Origin: Catajapyx aquilonaris
Lineage: Eukaryota
Assembly (NCBI GenBank): GCA_000934665.2
Contig: JYFJ02000983.1
Coordinates: forward strand, 1-64,000
Length of the DNA stretch: 64,000 bases
Direction: 5' to 3'
The first letter of the stretch is position 1, and every line of letters begins with the position of its first letter. The notes under the pieces are model-generated. The model ran no database searches. It worked only from the letters and a program-made list of their open reading frames with translations, and was not told the DNA's origin. Made by a program: the position numbers and the translations under genes. Below, piece after piece: positions 9,799 through 21,300 of the stretch.

Positions 9799-12778
9799 CT
9801 ACTTGTTTCTTTTTGACAGACACCTCCAGCTCATCTATTTTTGTTCCAAGACATTGTGGAAGAGGATACAGGTTGAAAAACGACATAAAGTTTCACTTGT
9901 ACATCAGTACTGCACCCTGTGGTGATGCAAGGTAAGCATGGTTCACTTGCCAAGGCTTGGTTTCAACCTTTGTAAATGTTACATGAATTTTGATTGGGAA
10001 ATGAATTACTTTTTAAGGATTTTCTCACCACATGAAGATTTATCTGGAGTCGGTGGGGACAAACATCCCAACCGTAAATCCAGGGGCCAATTGAGAAGCA
10101 AGATTGAGTCAGGGGAAGGCACCATTCCTGTAATGAACATGGACAGTATACTCACTTGGGATGGAATCATGATGGTAAGTCGCAGAAGGGCTTCCGTAAT
10201 TTATTACTGTGTTATTTCATGGAATCTGTTGAAATCAACAGCAGTGTAACTCAATGATAAATGCTCTCACCTCGAGCTTTCTGCCTTCTATTGTATTTGA
10301 TACCCATTTTTGGGAACGAATTTTGTGTCATTACAACTTTATTAGCAACATAGTGGTGCTTTTCTTTCAATATTTACTCCATTGAAGGGAGGCTATCACT
10401 GTGAAATGCCTCTTGTAAATTGCCTCCTCATGAATTACTTTTGAATCACAACTAACCTGCCCATCACTCTTTTCCTCCTTCTCTCCTTCCCCTCTCACAT
10501 GTCCTTTCAGACTGTCCGTACCAATTGTTGCTTATTTTTTGAAATAGAGGCAAAAGTATATGAAGGAGTGGAGATTTATCTGAAACTAACCCCTTATTCC
10601 ATGGGTAATGAAATAAAATTTTTATTCGTGCCTTACAGGGTCAGCAGCGAAATCTGACGATGTCATGTTCTGACAAGATTGCTTGTTGGAATGTGGTGGG
10701 AGTGCAAGGAGCATTGCTGTCCCATTTCATTGAGCCAATTTATTTGAAAAGCATTGTTTTGGGCAGTCTGTATCATCCCGTTCACATGTACAGGTAAATA
10801 TTGTTCCTTATTGTGGTTTCAGGTGATGTAATATGAAGCCTGATAGTGGTCTGTTCGTTATCATTGGTCTGGGGTCTTTCATTCGATCCCAGGATTGAAG
10901 AGAGGAATTTCTCATGCGTAAAGCATTTTCATTTATTCTCGTGTTGGGTAGGAAAGCACCAAGCCCAGTCAAAATGAGCTAGTTGCCATAGGGTTAATAC
11001 CCAGTTAATACTGCTGTTGAACAATGAAACCTATCGGACCTTGTGGTAGATATAATGATCACACTGCTGTCATCGTTGTCATTGGCTCTCCCCCCTACAA
11101 GATGTGACATATCGTCTTATAATATAGCATTATAAACCATGGCATATGTTAATGGAACCACATTTCACTACTCGCAGGGCAGTGTGTGGGCGGATTCCCT
11201 CGACAGTGTATGACCTTCTAACCGCACCTTATCGTGTGAACATGCCCATGATGGGTCAGTGCAGTTCAATTGAAACACGCCAACCAGCGAAGAAAGCACC
11301 GAGGATAAGTCTTAACTGGAATGAAGGCAAGGGATATGTCTTGTAACAAATTGTAACAATTGTAACAAATTTCTTACAGTGATTGTAACATACCACTTCT
11401 CTCTACAATTCAAGGATGTGATTGCCCTGAGATCGTCAATTCTGTTACTGGCAAACTTGAGTCAGGGACTATGTCTCGCCTGTCGAAAATGTCCCTTTAC
11501 AAACGCTTTCTGGAAGTGACTAGCATATTGAGTACTATCACTGACAGTGAGATGAACGCCTGCCATGTGATTTACCAGAATGCAAAGGCTGCAGCACAAG
11601 ATTATCAGGTAAGTTAACCGTCAGGTTCATATTAACATTTTAAATATTGTGGTGCAGATCAGAAGACAGTGCCATTCAGTCAACAAGATTGGAATCATTA
11701 ATATCCAGATGGATGTTTTGCTTCCTCTCAACTCGTATTATCTGTTGTTGTTGACTTGTGGTTTTCCTCTCAGATATTGGTCCCCATGACTGTGTGGGTA
11801 ATGCTAGAATATACCGTAATCTCGGAGATGCTCATGAACGTGCTGACAAAGCTTCATGTTTATCTCAAACTTCCATGCCATCATCCTTTTAAAATGTACA
11901 GTACATTTCACATTGTGACTTGTAACACAAGTAGCCTGTTAATTTTATCATTGGCCAAAGGAGATTGGACTGTATAATTATGTAATGTTGTGCCTTTGTG
12001 CTATGGCATTTTAAAAATTTTTACTACTGTCTCAGAAAATTATAATGGTTCATGATATGTCAAACAATTGCCCAAGTTTTTATTGCCTGTTTGGTGTTTA
12101 TGAATATCATTTGTGTTGGAACTGTACGTAAAATATCAACAGCTTAAGGGGCGGATAAAGAGAATTTGGGAGTAAAGTTCTCGCTAACTAACAACAGCAG
12201 AACCATTTTTTATTTTTTTTGTGGAAGTGTAACTGACCTCTCTCTTACACATGCACACTGTACTTTTCCCATATTCTTAATGTAGTATTATAAAAAGTCA
12301 TTTGCATTCGGGAGTAATTTACGCAATCGTAAAATTTTAAGTTATGTCGTAACAAGCACTCAAAAATGCGGAAAAATGGGGTGCTCCGGACCTGCAAAGC
12401 CGATTGTTATGTTTAGCTATAACTTTTCGTCTAATAATAATTTTGTCAAAATTTGACTGATGTGTGAACTACTAGAAGTTGGGGGAACCCTAATTTTCAC
12501 GGTTTTTATTGTGCCTAGAGGGAATGGTCTACCGCAAAGCGACCGTTCTTTTGTGTAGCAAGGGTGGGATCCACTGTCTCCTCTTTCGGCCAGAGTTGAA
12601 ACTCGAAGAAGTCCAGATTATCCTTATCCCTCCCCTTAAGCCGTTGGATGACGGCTAGTGAAAATGTGGTTTTGTCTCATTTCAGATAACCAAAATTCAA
12701 CTGTACAAGGCATTCCAAGAAGCTGACTTGGGAAAGTGGATCACAAAGCCAATTGAGCAAGACCAATTTGGGATTTAA
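5728..12778 (+). CDS. Adar: Double-stranded RNA-specific adenosine deaminase, ADAR2-type, with four dsRBDs (~788 aa, 13 coding exons)
   Basis: Exons 5728-5859, 5962-6223, 6368-6526, 7558-7821, 8327-8590, 8681-8846, 9143-9402, 9820-9931, 10018-10174, 10639-10793, 11178-11326, 11415-11608 and 12686-12778 join in frame (2367 nt). Deaminase motifs [50 protein letters not shown] and [11 protein letters not shown]. Four dsRBDs each carry a KKxAK helix. Confidence 0.95.
6768..6925. mobile_element. Small inverted-repeat insertion (MITE-like) in an Adar intron
   Basis: Ends are gttaatctgacaaaaggacgaa / ttcgtcctttgtcagatcaac; absent from the paralogous intron copy at ~8030. Confidence 0.65.
7052..7389. 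mobile_element. pogo/Tigger-like MITE in an Adar intron
   Basis: TA|CAGGTAGTCCCC...TACGAAC at left and GTTCGTA..CAGGGACTG|TA at right; absent from the paralogous intron copy. Confidence 0.7.
9711..9797. repeat. (ATT)n microsatellite, intronic
   Basis: About 29 ATT units just upstream of the 9820 acceptor. Confidence 0.95.
12148..12635. mobile_element. TTAA-flanked non-autonomous DNA transposon, Kolobok-like
   Basis: TTAA|GGGGCGGATAA ... TTATCCCTCCCC|TTAA. RR...YY termini with a TTAA TSD fit Kolobok rather than piggyBac. Confidence 0.65.
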
Positions 12779-13135
12779 GATGTGCCTAGTGAATATTGAA
12801 GACTGCATTTTATGCCAGTGGCAGAAACAGTTTTTACGTGGACAAAGTGCATATGGAATACTCATGATATTAATATCATTCTTGTGAAAGATTTGAATCA
12901 ATTATGCAGAGGCAACACGGATCATTAGTATTTTTGGAAAAATCATGCTCTAAAAAGGTCTAAATGTCACCAACTCATGCGAGGTGTGTTAGTGAATTTT
13001 AGATTTTTTAAATATTTTACAGGGTTCACTCTGAAACCTAGAGTCCCCTAATATTTCACTTTACCATCCTGAAGTTCATGAAAGGTTATGTCCAAGTAGG
13101 CAAATTGAAACTTTCAAATCGAGCAATATGTGCTT

Positions 13136-13981
13136 CTAGCAGGATACCACTCGTTGCTCGGGTTATGAAATACTTTTCCATAGGAGTAACTCATTCATTT
13201 GGTAGTTACCTTTACAATAACTTTGCAATAATGGCGACCGAAATGGAACTCTTTTAATTATAAACAAAACATCGTCATCCCCTAACTACATCAAGAGTCT
13301 CGCAACCAAGGCAACAGTGATTAAACTTGCAATTGGAACATCGTACAACCAATGCGAGTACAAAACAGTGAAGGGAAGGATGTAATGTGTGATCTGATCG
13401 CACCGCAAGCTGGAGTCTGACTGCTCCAGTTCCTCCTGGTGCGTCAAGAAAAAAAAATCCACCTTTCTGACCCTGGACCCCCTGGACATTGTCTACCATT
13501 GTCCCATGTGTTCTTATTCGAAAATTCGAAAGGGGGGGGAGGGGAATGTGGGGGTGGGTGGAACAACAGTGGATGGGAAGGCGGATGGAGGAGTTGATGG
13601 GCAGGAGGGGACGGGGGCTTTGCTGACGGGAATGGAATGGAGGGGCTGGAGGTGGCAGTGGGGAGAGGGCAATGTGATCCCTTTGGCCGTCAGAGAACGA
13701 ATGGACAGTTTCCTCGGCAACTCAACAGAGGAGTTGTTTACACCTAATTGCGCCTGATTAGAACGCGAGCCAATGGGGAGGTGGACTTTTCGCCTCCTGC
13801 GGCCAAGGATGACCTCGGAGTCAATGTCCAATCTGCTTATGACCTTTCCAGTAAAAAACTACCCCTAATCATTCCCCTGGGGCATATGTCGAGGCCTCTG
13901 TATGGATTTGCATCAGCCTGCATGCGGCCTGCATTGGCATCAGACAGACAGACAGGTATACATTGAGAAATATGTATTAGA
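13136..13981 (-). mobile_element. Non-autonomous Helitron with a PIF1-helicase remnant
   Basis: Minus strand begins A|TCTAATAC followed by (CTGT)n. Internal FFFLDAPGGTG is the Helitron helicase Walker A. The 3' end is CCCGAGCAACG...GCTAG. Confidence 0.7.
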
Positions 13982-15647
13982 TTATCCGGGAGGGGTAAAA
14001 AAAAAGTGCAGTGGAAAGCATTGCTATTCAGCTCAAAAAGTGGATCAATTTGAAACCTGCAATTTGCCCTTGGATATATTCTTCACCTCTCATGAGCTTG
14101 AAGATGGCGAAGCTAAATAATAGGGGGTTCTAGGTGCCAAGGTGGGGTGTACTGTACCACCCTGCAAAATATTTTTGGAAAGTGTAAAATACAGGCGTAC
14201 ATCTCATAATGATTAGGTATGGAATGACTGTACCTGATGTTGATTTAATATGCAGCATATTTTAGTACTGACAAAATGTACCAGTTCTTTTGCGCACACA
14301 CCTTTAATAATGTGTTCATCCTGTGTTGGAATTGTCTCACATTTCTGCGGTAAGAAAGAGTGATAATATTTGTGAAAAGCTTGGAAGCCTCCATAAGCAA
14401 AATGACAGCCCTTTGGCCAACATTTTGCTGGCTGTGGCAGGTTGAGCTGGAAGTTGGACCTACCTTTATGCCAGTAGCATTGTACACCAACTGTTACCAA
14501 CCACCCTCTATGTTGCATTTCTTAGCTATCCAAGAACAAGCTGAATCTTTGTGCCAAGTGGTAGCTACAAAAATAAGGTTGGTTTCTTGATTGGGGCCAT
14601 TGGGTTTTGTAACCACTTCAAGAAAGGGTCAGTCACCCACTGTGATGAACAGGGAAAGTAATACATGATGTGAAAAGACAGAAGTCACATGGGATTCAAG
14701 CATGTCTTATGTTACTCGGGCAACCTCAATACTGGTTTGGTGGAAGTGTGATGATCTCTCATAAGCATATGAATTATGACTTTGTAAGTACATAAAAAAT
14801 ACTGTATGTGGATAATAAAAACATCTTGGTCAATAACGACTTGCAGAATACTATTGCTCGTGTTTCTCTAGTTCTAGTTGAAGGATCTGCGGATCATTTG
14901 TAGCCAATATGCATCCTTTCAATATCCCTTCAGTGCACATGATTGTGGTATTCAGTAAATCTTTACCATATTGTATTAACACATGACTTCGGCAAGGATA
15001 TTATCCTACCATCATTGCTAGAAATCCAATTGGATAAAAATTATTGTAACACTTTGTCGAGAGTAGAGCTTGGATGTTACGGATCACTTTAGCACTTTGT
15101 GTAGATTATTAAAATTTTACAATGAATAATTATGTTGATAGTAATGAGAGTACTTGAGGCAGTGAAAGTACATTGTAGGCACATACTCTGAATATCATAA
15201 AGGTGATTTGGGCCACTAGTGCAGACGGGAAACCCAAACATACATGTTGTGTCATATTGACTTTGCATCATACAGAGGCACTTGTGACAATGATATCATG
15301 AACATACAGTTGCAAAAAGAAAATTGGGTCAAGAAAAAAGTATATTTTTTGCACATACCTGTGGATGTCTGCCCACGTGTTTCTTTTGCAGATAAAGTAA
15401 TGTGATAGTTTCGTTTACTGTGACTAGTAAAAAGTGGTACAAACCAACAAAATGAAGTGATAAAACCTGAACCTGCATCATTTATGTTTGCCGTAAACAA
15501 TCTCAAGAGTTGCAAAAGGGTATGTTGACATGATTTAACTTACATGACCTGCCACAACACAGTAATCACTGAAGTACCTGCAAATATTCACTTCACATAA
15601 ATACTGGTCTACATATCCTATCACACAATGCTGTAATAATTGCCACC

Positions 15648-17500
15648 ATGAAATTGACACTGTTCTGTTTTGCTCTGGAGATTCTGGTAGCTGTGAATGC
15701 TACTCTTCTCCAGCATTTCTATCCACTAGTTCCAAATGTACCTTTGACGGCTGACGATGTTGGAAAGAGACTTCTCCTAACCCCTTTCATTGAGAGTGGT
15801 AAGATACAACAGGGACAGGAATCAGCCAGAGTTACAGGACTGCCAGTGGATTTGGAGAGTTACGCTGGCTTCTTCACTGTCAATCCAAAATACAACTCCA
15901 ACCTCTACTTTTGGTTCTTCCCTGCCGCAGTGAGTATCACAATGCATAACCGCATTTGAAAGGTGATCTTTGTAAAGTAAGGGCAATAATTATCATTTGA
16001 CAGAAAAATCCTGATGAAGCTCCAGTTGTCGTGTGGCTACAAGGTGGACCAGGAGCTTCGTCTCTCTATGGACTTTTCGTGGAAAATGGTCCCCTAAGTG
16101 TCGACGAAGACATGAAGCTGAAATTGAGACCTACCTCTTGGTCCAGCATCTGCAATTTAATCTTCATTGACAGCCCAGTAGGAACAGGTGAATGCCATTT
16201 CTTCTTCTTGTAATCTGCATCTTTGCCAGCGGAGATTTGGAAATAGGGTTTGTCATAGGTGTGGGGCCATGTAAAATGTTACTGCACATGTAAATCTATG
16301 CAATACAATTATGGCAAGCAAATTGCTCATTGTGTTACTGTTGCTCCAGGTTTTAGTTTCACTGATGACTCCAAGGGTTATGCAAGGAATGAAGATAATG
16401 TAGCAGATGACCTGTACAGTGCTCTTGTGCAGTTTTTCCAACTGTTCCCAACATATCAGAAGAATGAGTTTTACGTCACTGGCGAATCCTATGCGGGTAA
16501 GATATGCTGTAAGGCCTAGTAGATTTACCTTTTAATTCCGTGACATTTCAGGTAAGTATGTCCCAGCTATCACAAACAAGATCCACGAGGAAAACTCAAA
16601 TGCCAAGTTGAAGATAAACTTACAAGGTACAGTACACAGTTCAGATAAATATTAACTTATTGACTTGTACAATAGTTATTTTTTAAATGTAATTTCCTTT
16701 GATAAAGGAATGGCAATAGGCAATGGCCTGTCCGACCCAGCCACAATGATAGATTTTGGAACATATTTGTACAACATAGGTTTGTTAGACGAGAAGGAAA
16801 CTGACTTTTTCTTGCAACAAGAAGCCGTAGTCAGAAGATATATTGATGAGAAACAGTGGATAAAAGCGTATGAGGTACTGTCACATAAAAGCGATCACGC
16901 TAATGAACTGAATCAACAAATGTCCCTCTTTTACAGGTTTGGAACAACTTGCTGAACAACGATCTAACTAATTATCCATCCTCATTTAATAACTTCACGG
17001 GTTATGAAGATTACTTCAATTACTTATATCCTGTGTCAACCACTGCTGATGACAAATATTCAACATATGTGCAACTTCCAGAAGTCAGAAGGGCTATCCA
17101 CGTGGGAGCTCAAACGTATTCAGATGGCTCAGATGTTGAGAGACATCTTATGGAAGACATTATGCAATCTGTTAAACCTAGGGTTGAGACAATACTTGAT
17201 AACAAATATTGCGTTTTGCTCTACAGTGGCCAATTGGACATCATTGTAGCACACACATTCACGCAAAATTTCATCCGCTCACTTAAATGGAAGGGAGCGG
17301 ACGAGTACTCCACTGCAAAGAAGCGTATTTGGAAGGTAGGAGGTGAAATAGCTGGTTACGGTACGCAAGCTCAAAACTTTGCCTTTGTACTTGTCCGAAA
17401 CTCAGGTCACATGGTCCCTCACGACCAACCTGAGTGGGCATGCGATTTGATTGAACGTTTTCTGAAAGGTAATAAGTCTAATTGCATGCTGATGATATAA
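15648..17500 (+). CDS. CPVL: Serine carboxypeptidase, family S10, CPVL / venom serine carboxypeptidase-like
   Basis: Exons 15648-15929, 16004-16187, 16350-16496, 16552-16626, 16708-16874 and 16937-17500. Signal peptide; motifs WLQGGPGASS, DSPVGTGFS, GESYAGKY (Ser), GQLD (Asp) and SGHMVP (His). Confidence 0.92.
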
Positions 17501-18364
17501 CATGGTCATCTACTACATAGTGAAGTCTACTGACACTGTAAACTACTGCGGAAAATTTTTGTAGGCCTCGTAAAAAGTTGGGATGGGATGTGATCTTCAA
17601 AAAAGTAATTTCTGTTAATTAAAATCCACTATGGCAATATGTAAAGGGTTAAATAAAGAATCATTAAACGTTCATAAAGTGTATTATTATGTACAATTCA
17701 ATACCACGTATGATACACATGTACCCCTTACCAAATGATGAAATTGATTTACATCACAAAAGCACAAATATCTTCAGGGAGGGTGGTTTTGCTTCATTCT
17801 TAATACTAATTAACAATATTTATCGCAGCTGTGCATAGATTTAAATTTATTAATTATTTCTCCATGCACAGTATGGCCAAAACTGTCTTTGCACATCACA
17901 TTGAATAAACACAAGCACAAATCAATGGCTTTTGCCTCAAGACTATTGAGAGAGCAAAACTCTGGTCAGGTACCCCTGGTACGAATGTTGATTTCTGGGT
18001 CGATCTCTCACAGAACCATTAATTAGCATTCCATGTCTTGTGTGCACTTTACACAGGGATTATCAGAAAAGCAGTAGTTAAATGCACATGCTTCATCTTT
18101 GCATATTCAGTACTTTTCATGCCTAATGTGTATGACATGCTGGTGTCACCCTTCATTATTCACCAGTTTGCATTTTGTGCACTTCATGGAGACATTTTCA
18201 ATATGTTGCCCATTACCACTGGAATTGTAGCATGTTCAATGCTACAATTGAGAAAATTGTGTACCATTCCATTTTACATTATTTTCCAATTGTTAGTGAA
18301 ACACAATGTGCCACTGCAATTTGATTTCCAGCTCCCTTCTGCTCCTCTCCACTTGTAACCCAAT

Positions 18365-21300
18365 TCATATCCTACTCTGCTGGTGAGGTGGTATGGGAGC
18401 TGGCTGAGGAGTAGGAGGAAGTAATGGAAAAGGTGGAACCACAGTGCCATCGACCAAGGCTGAGTTGAGAAGAAGGGGTAGGGTCAACTGCGGCTGGTTC
18501 TGAGTGCTGACAGGTGGTGCTGAGACGGGTGTGGGTGGCTGCAGTATCACGTTAAACATTGGGTTAGCAGCTGGAGAGAACAGGCTTGTATCAGTGACAG
18601 CAGTGGTTGGGGTAGTGACAGTAGAGGTAGCAGACACGCTAGTGGTAAGAGTGGACGCAGTAGTGACGGGTATGGATTCCTCCGGAACCACGGATTCGCT
18701 TGGCGCGTCTGGTGGTGATGCTGTTGTATCTGAAGCTGATTCTTCAGGTGGTTGTTGCTCTTGCTGTGCAGGATGTGATTTGAAGAGTTCCTCCCTCATG
18801 GACGGCAGAAATGAGTCAACTCTGTCCCAAGTGATTTGCCACAAACGGGTCGGACCATCAGGTCCCACAAATATTCCTGCTGTGTCCATCACTAAAAGCA
18901 TGTTCTTCAGAGATTCAGGAACAGCTTCCAGCTGTAACCAAAATAAACATTGATGTGTAATGCTCTCCCCACAATTGCAACATCTTTACACCAATACTAA
19001 CCAACAAGTCGCTTCTGTCAGCGTGCATGTACTTGTCCATAAAGTCAAGCACCGTAAGCCAGAGTGCCGCAAAGGTTGGCAATGACATGAGTGGTCCCAA
19101 GTGCTGCAGGAAGACCTTGGCTAGCATGGTAGCAGCCCTGACCCTGGTCTCCTCCAGTCCACCTGGGTCCCCAGGGCTGAGGGGTGCCAGCAGCTGTGTT
19201 AGCAAAGGAAACAGAACCCGGTGGAAACAAGCCTCCCACTGGCTTGCCAGCAGACGAGTCTGCAGCTCAGGCACCAGAAGTGCCCGCTGCAGGTAGGTGA
19301 CTGCACTGGTCCGCACCTCCCTCCGCGAGTCACAGCAGAGACGGGCTATTCCCTGCAGCAAGGGGCACCATCCTCGCCACCACACTGAACCCTCATTTGA
19401 TGGGGCTGGATCACCCGCACATTCTTCCAGCAGTACCTGAATTAATCGAGAGTGTGAAGATTATTAACGGTGCAGAGTAAATGCATTACATTAACACACT
19501 GGAGTAATGTTGCTCATAAACAAATAGCCAAGTGTCTGAGTAGTTGGACATTACCTGGGCAGCCCTGGTGTGCAGTGTATGCATAAGGTCAAGCAGCTGA
19601 ATGGCCACCTGAGGTGACTGAGGCTGTGTGTCTTCAGAGTCTGATTCATCAGCATCGTAGGCAGAAACTGGGGCAGGAGTGGACTTGGCACGGCGAGAAC
19701 GTCCACCTGCTTTTTTCTTGCGATTGGCAGCTGCACCAGACATACGTTTTGCCTGCAAGATTACCAATAGCTCTAAAATAGTGTTCGGCCTTTTGGCAGT
19801 TACAATGACATGCACACATCCATCACTCACACCAAATTCAAAATTGGGTATGTGGCCAATGAGAGTGGTACTGAGAAATACATTTTGAAATTCTTTCCTA
19901 CCCCATTGGCATGACAAAGGCTGGCTTCTGCAAACGTGCGAAGGCACTGCACACAGCTGTCAAAGTTGAGTGGTGTGACATGTGCAGCATCTCTGACAAG
20001 GAGGGCCAGGCTCTCACAACCTTTCAGCATAGAAGAAGGATCAGTTGCATTGAGCCTCCTTTCCCAGACAATGTCATTGCCAGACATAGCAGAAGGAGCC
20101 CAGGGTCGCAGTCGGACACGAGGGTGGGAAAGTGCAGGCTCCTCTATTCCACTCGCTTTTGTAGGGGTAAGGGTGGCAGATGGAGGGGATGACGGCGAAT
20201 CTGTGGCCTCTCCCTCTGATTTGGATGCAGCTTCTTCTCGCCCAACAACAATCCACCCACCAGATGACTGGGAATTTTGGTGGGAAGTCACACTGCCATA
20301 CAGTTCTGAATCAGATGTCCAGCCACGATCGAAGGATGAACATGATGATGTCACACCCTGAAATGCAGGACAAGCAATTTTTGGCAGAAAATTCCCAGCT
20401 GTGTAAAAATCATTACCAATGATTCTTTCCAGTTACCTGCACCTCGCTGTCCGACTGCACTGGTCCCATAGATTCCGAGTCTGCCTCATCCCCTATGACC
20501 CTGGGAGGCTGTGCACCAGCTCCAGCCACTTCTAGCAAGGTGAAAACCACAGCCCAATCCTCAGGGCAACGGATGGATGTAGCACCTGTCTTGAGAAGTT
20601 CATGGAGACCATAGCTCAGTTGGCGGGTTACTGACTGAAGTGCAGGGGCACGCAGGAGGAGTAGAAGACGCAGGGCCTATCCAGAAGATTGGAGTATATT
20701 ATCAGAAAAATTGGCATGCTAATGATTAGTGCATGCATGTAAATTGCAAGACTGTTGTAAACACAAGATGTGGCATGTTTACCTGCATTGCAGCAGGTGC
20801 TCCAAGGTCATACCGGCGTAGCAATCGCTGTGCCAACCTCAACAGGCCTCCCACTGCTCTCTCAAGTAAAAATGGTGGCTGTTCTGCTCCTGGGATGGCC
20901 CCCACGTTGACCCCAAGAGCTGCCCCCACCACAGCCCCATACAAGTGGTCCCTCAATGTTGGCCACAATGCATCTAGACGATCCCTGTTATGAGCTGCCA
21001 CTTTGAGCAGCAACTCCAACATGAAGGCAGCTGCCTCCTCATCAGACACAGCTGCAGGAGCTGCCCCTGACCCTGAGCCATTCCCAGTTTCAACCCCACC
21101 AACAGGAGCCCAGAACTGACTTCCAGCCTGCACTAGTGCCTTAATCATCTCATGAAGAGCTTCTGCCCGCAGAAACTTGGATTCTGATATGATCAAGTCA
21201 GGGCGGCATTCAGCAATGCATTCACGTGCAATGCGTATCATCTCCTCATCTTCGGGGCTGCGTCTAGTAACCATCCCTGTGCCAGACACTGTGTTGCCAA

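Noticed and set aside
9686..9925. Poly-Ile and poly-Asn ORFs
   Set aside because: They are translations of the intronic (ATT)n microsatellite.
14213..14830. Short overlapping ORFs between the Helitron and CPVL
   Set aside because: No convincing motif, splice structure or terminal repeats.
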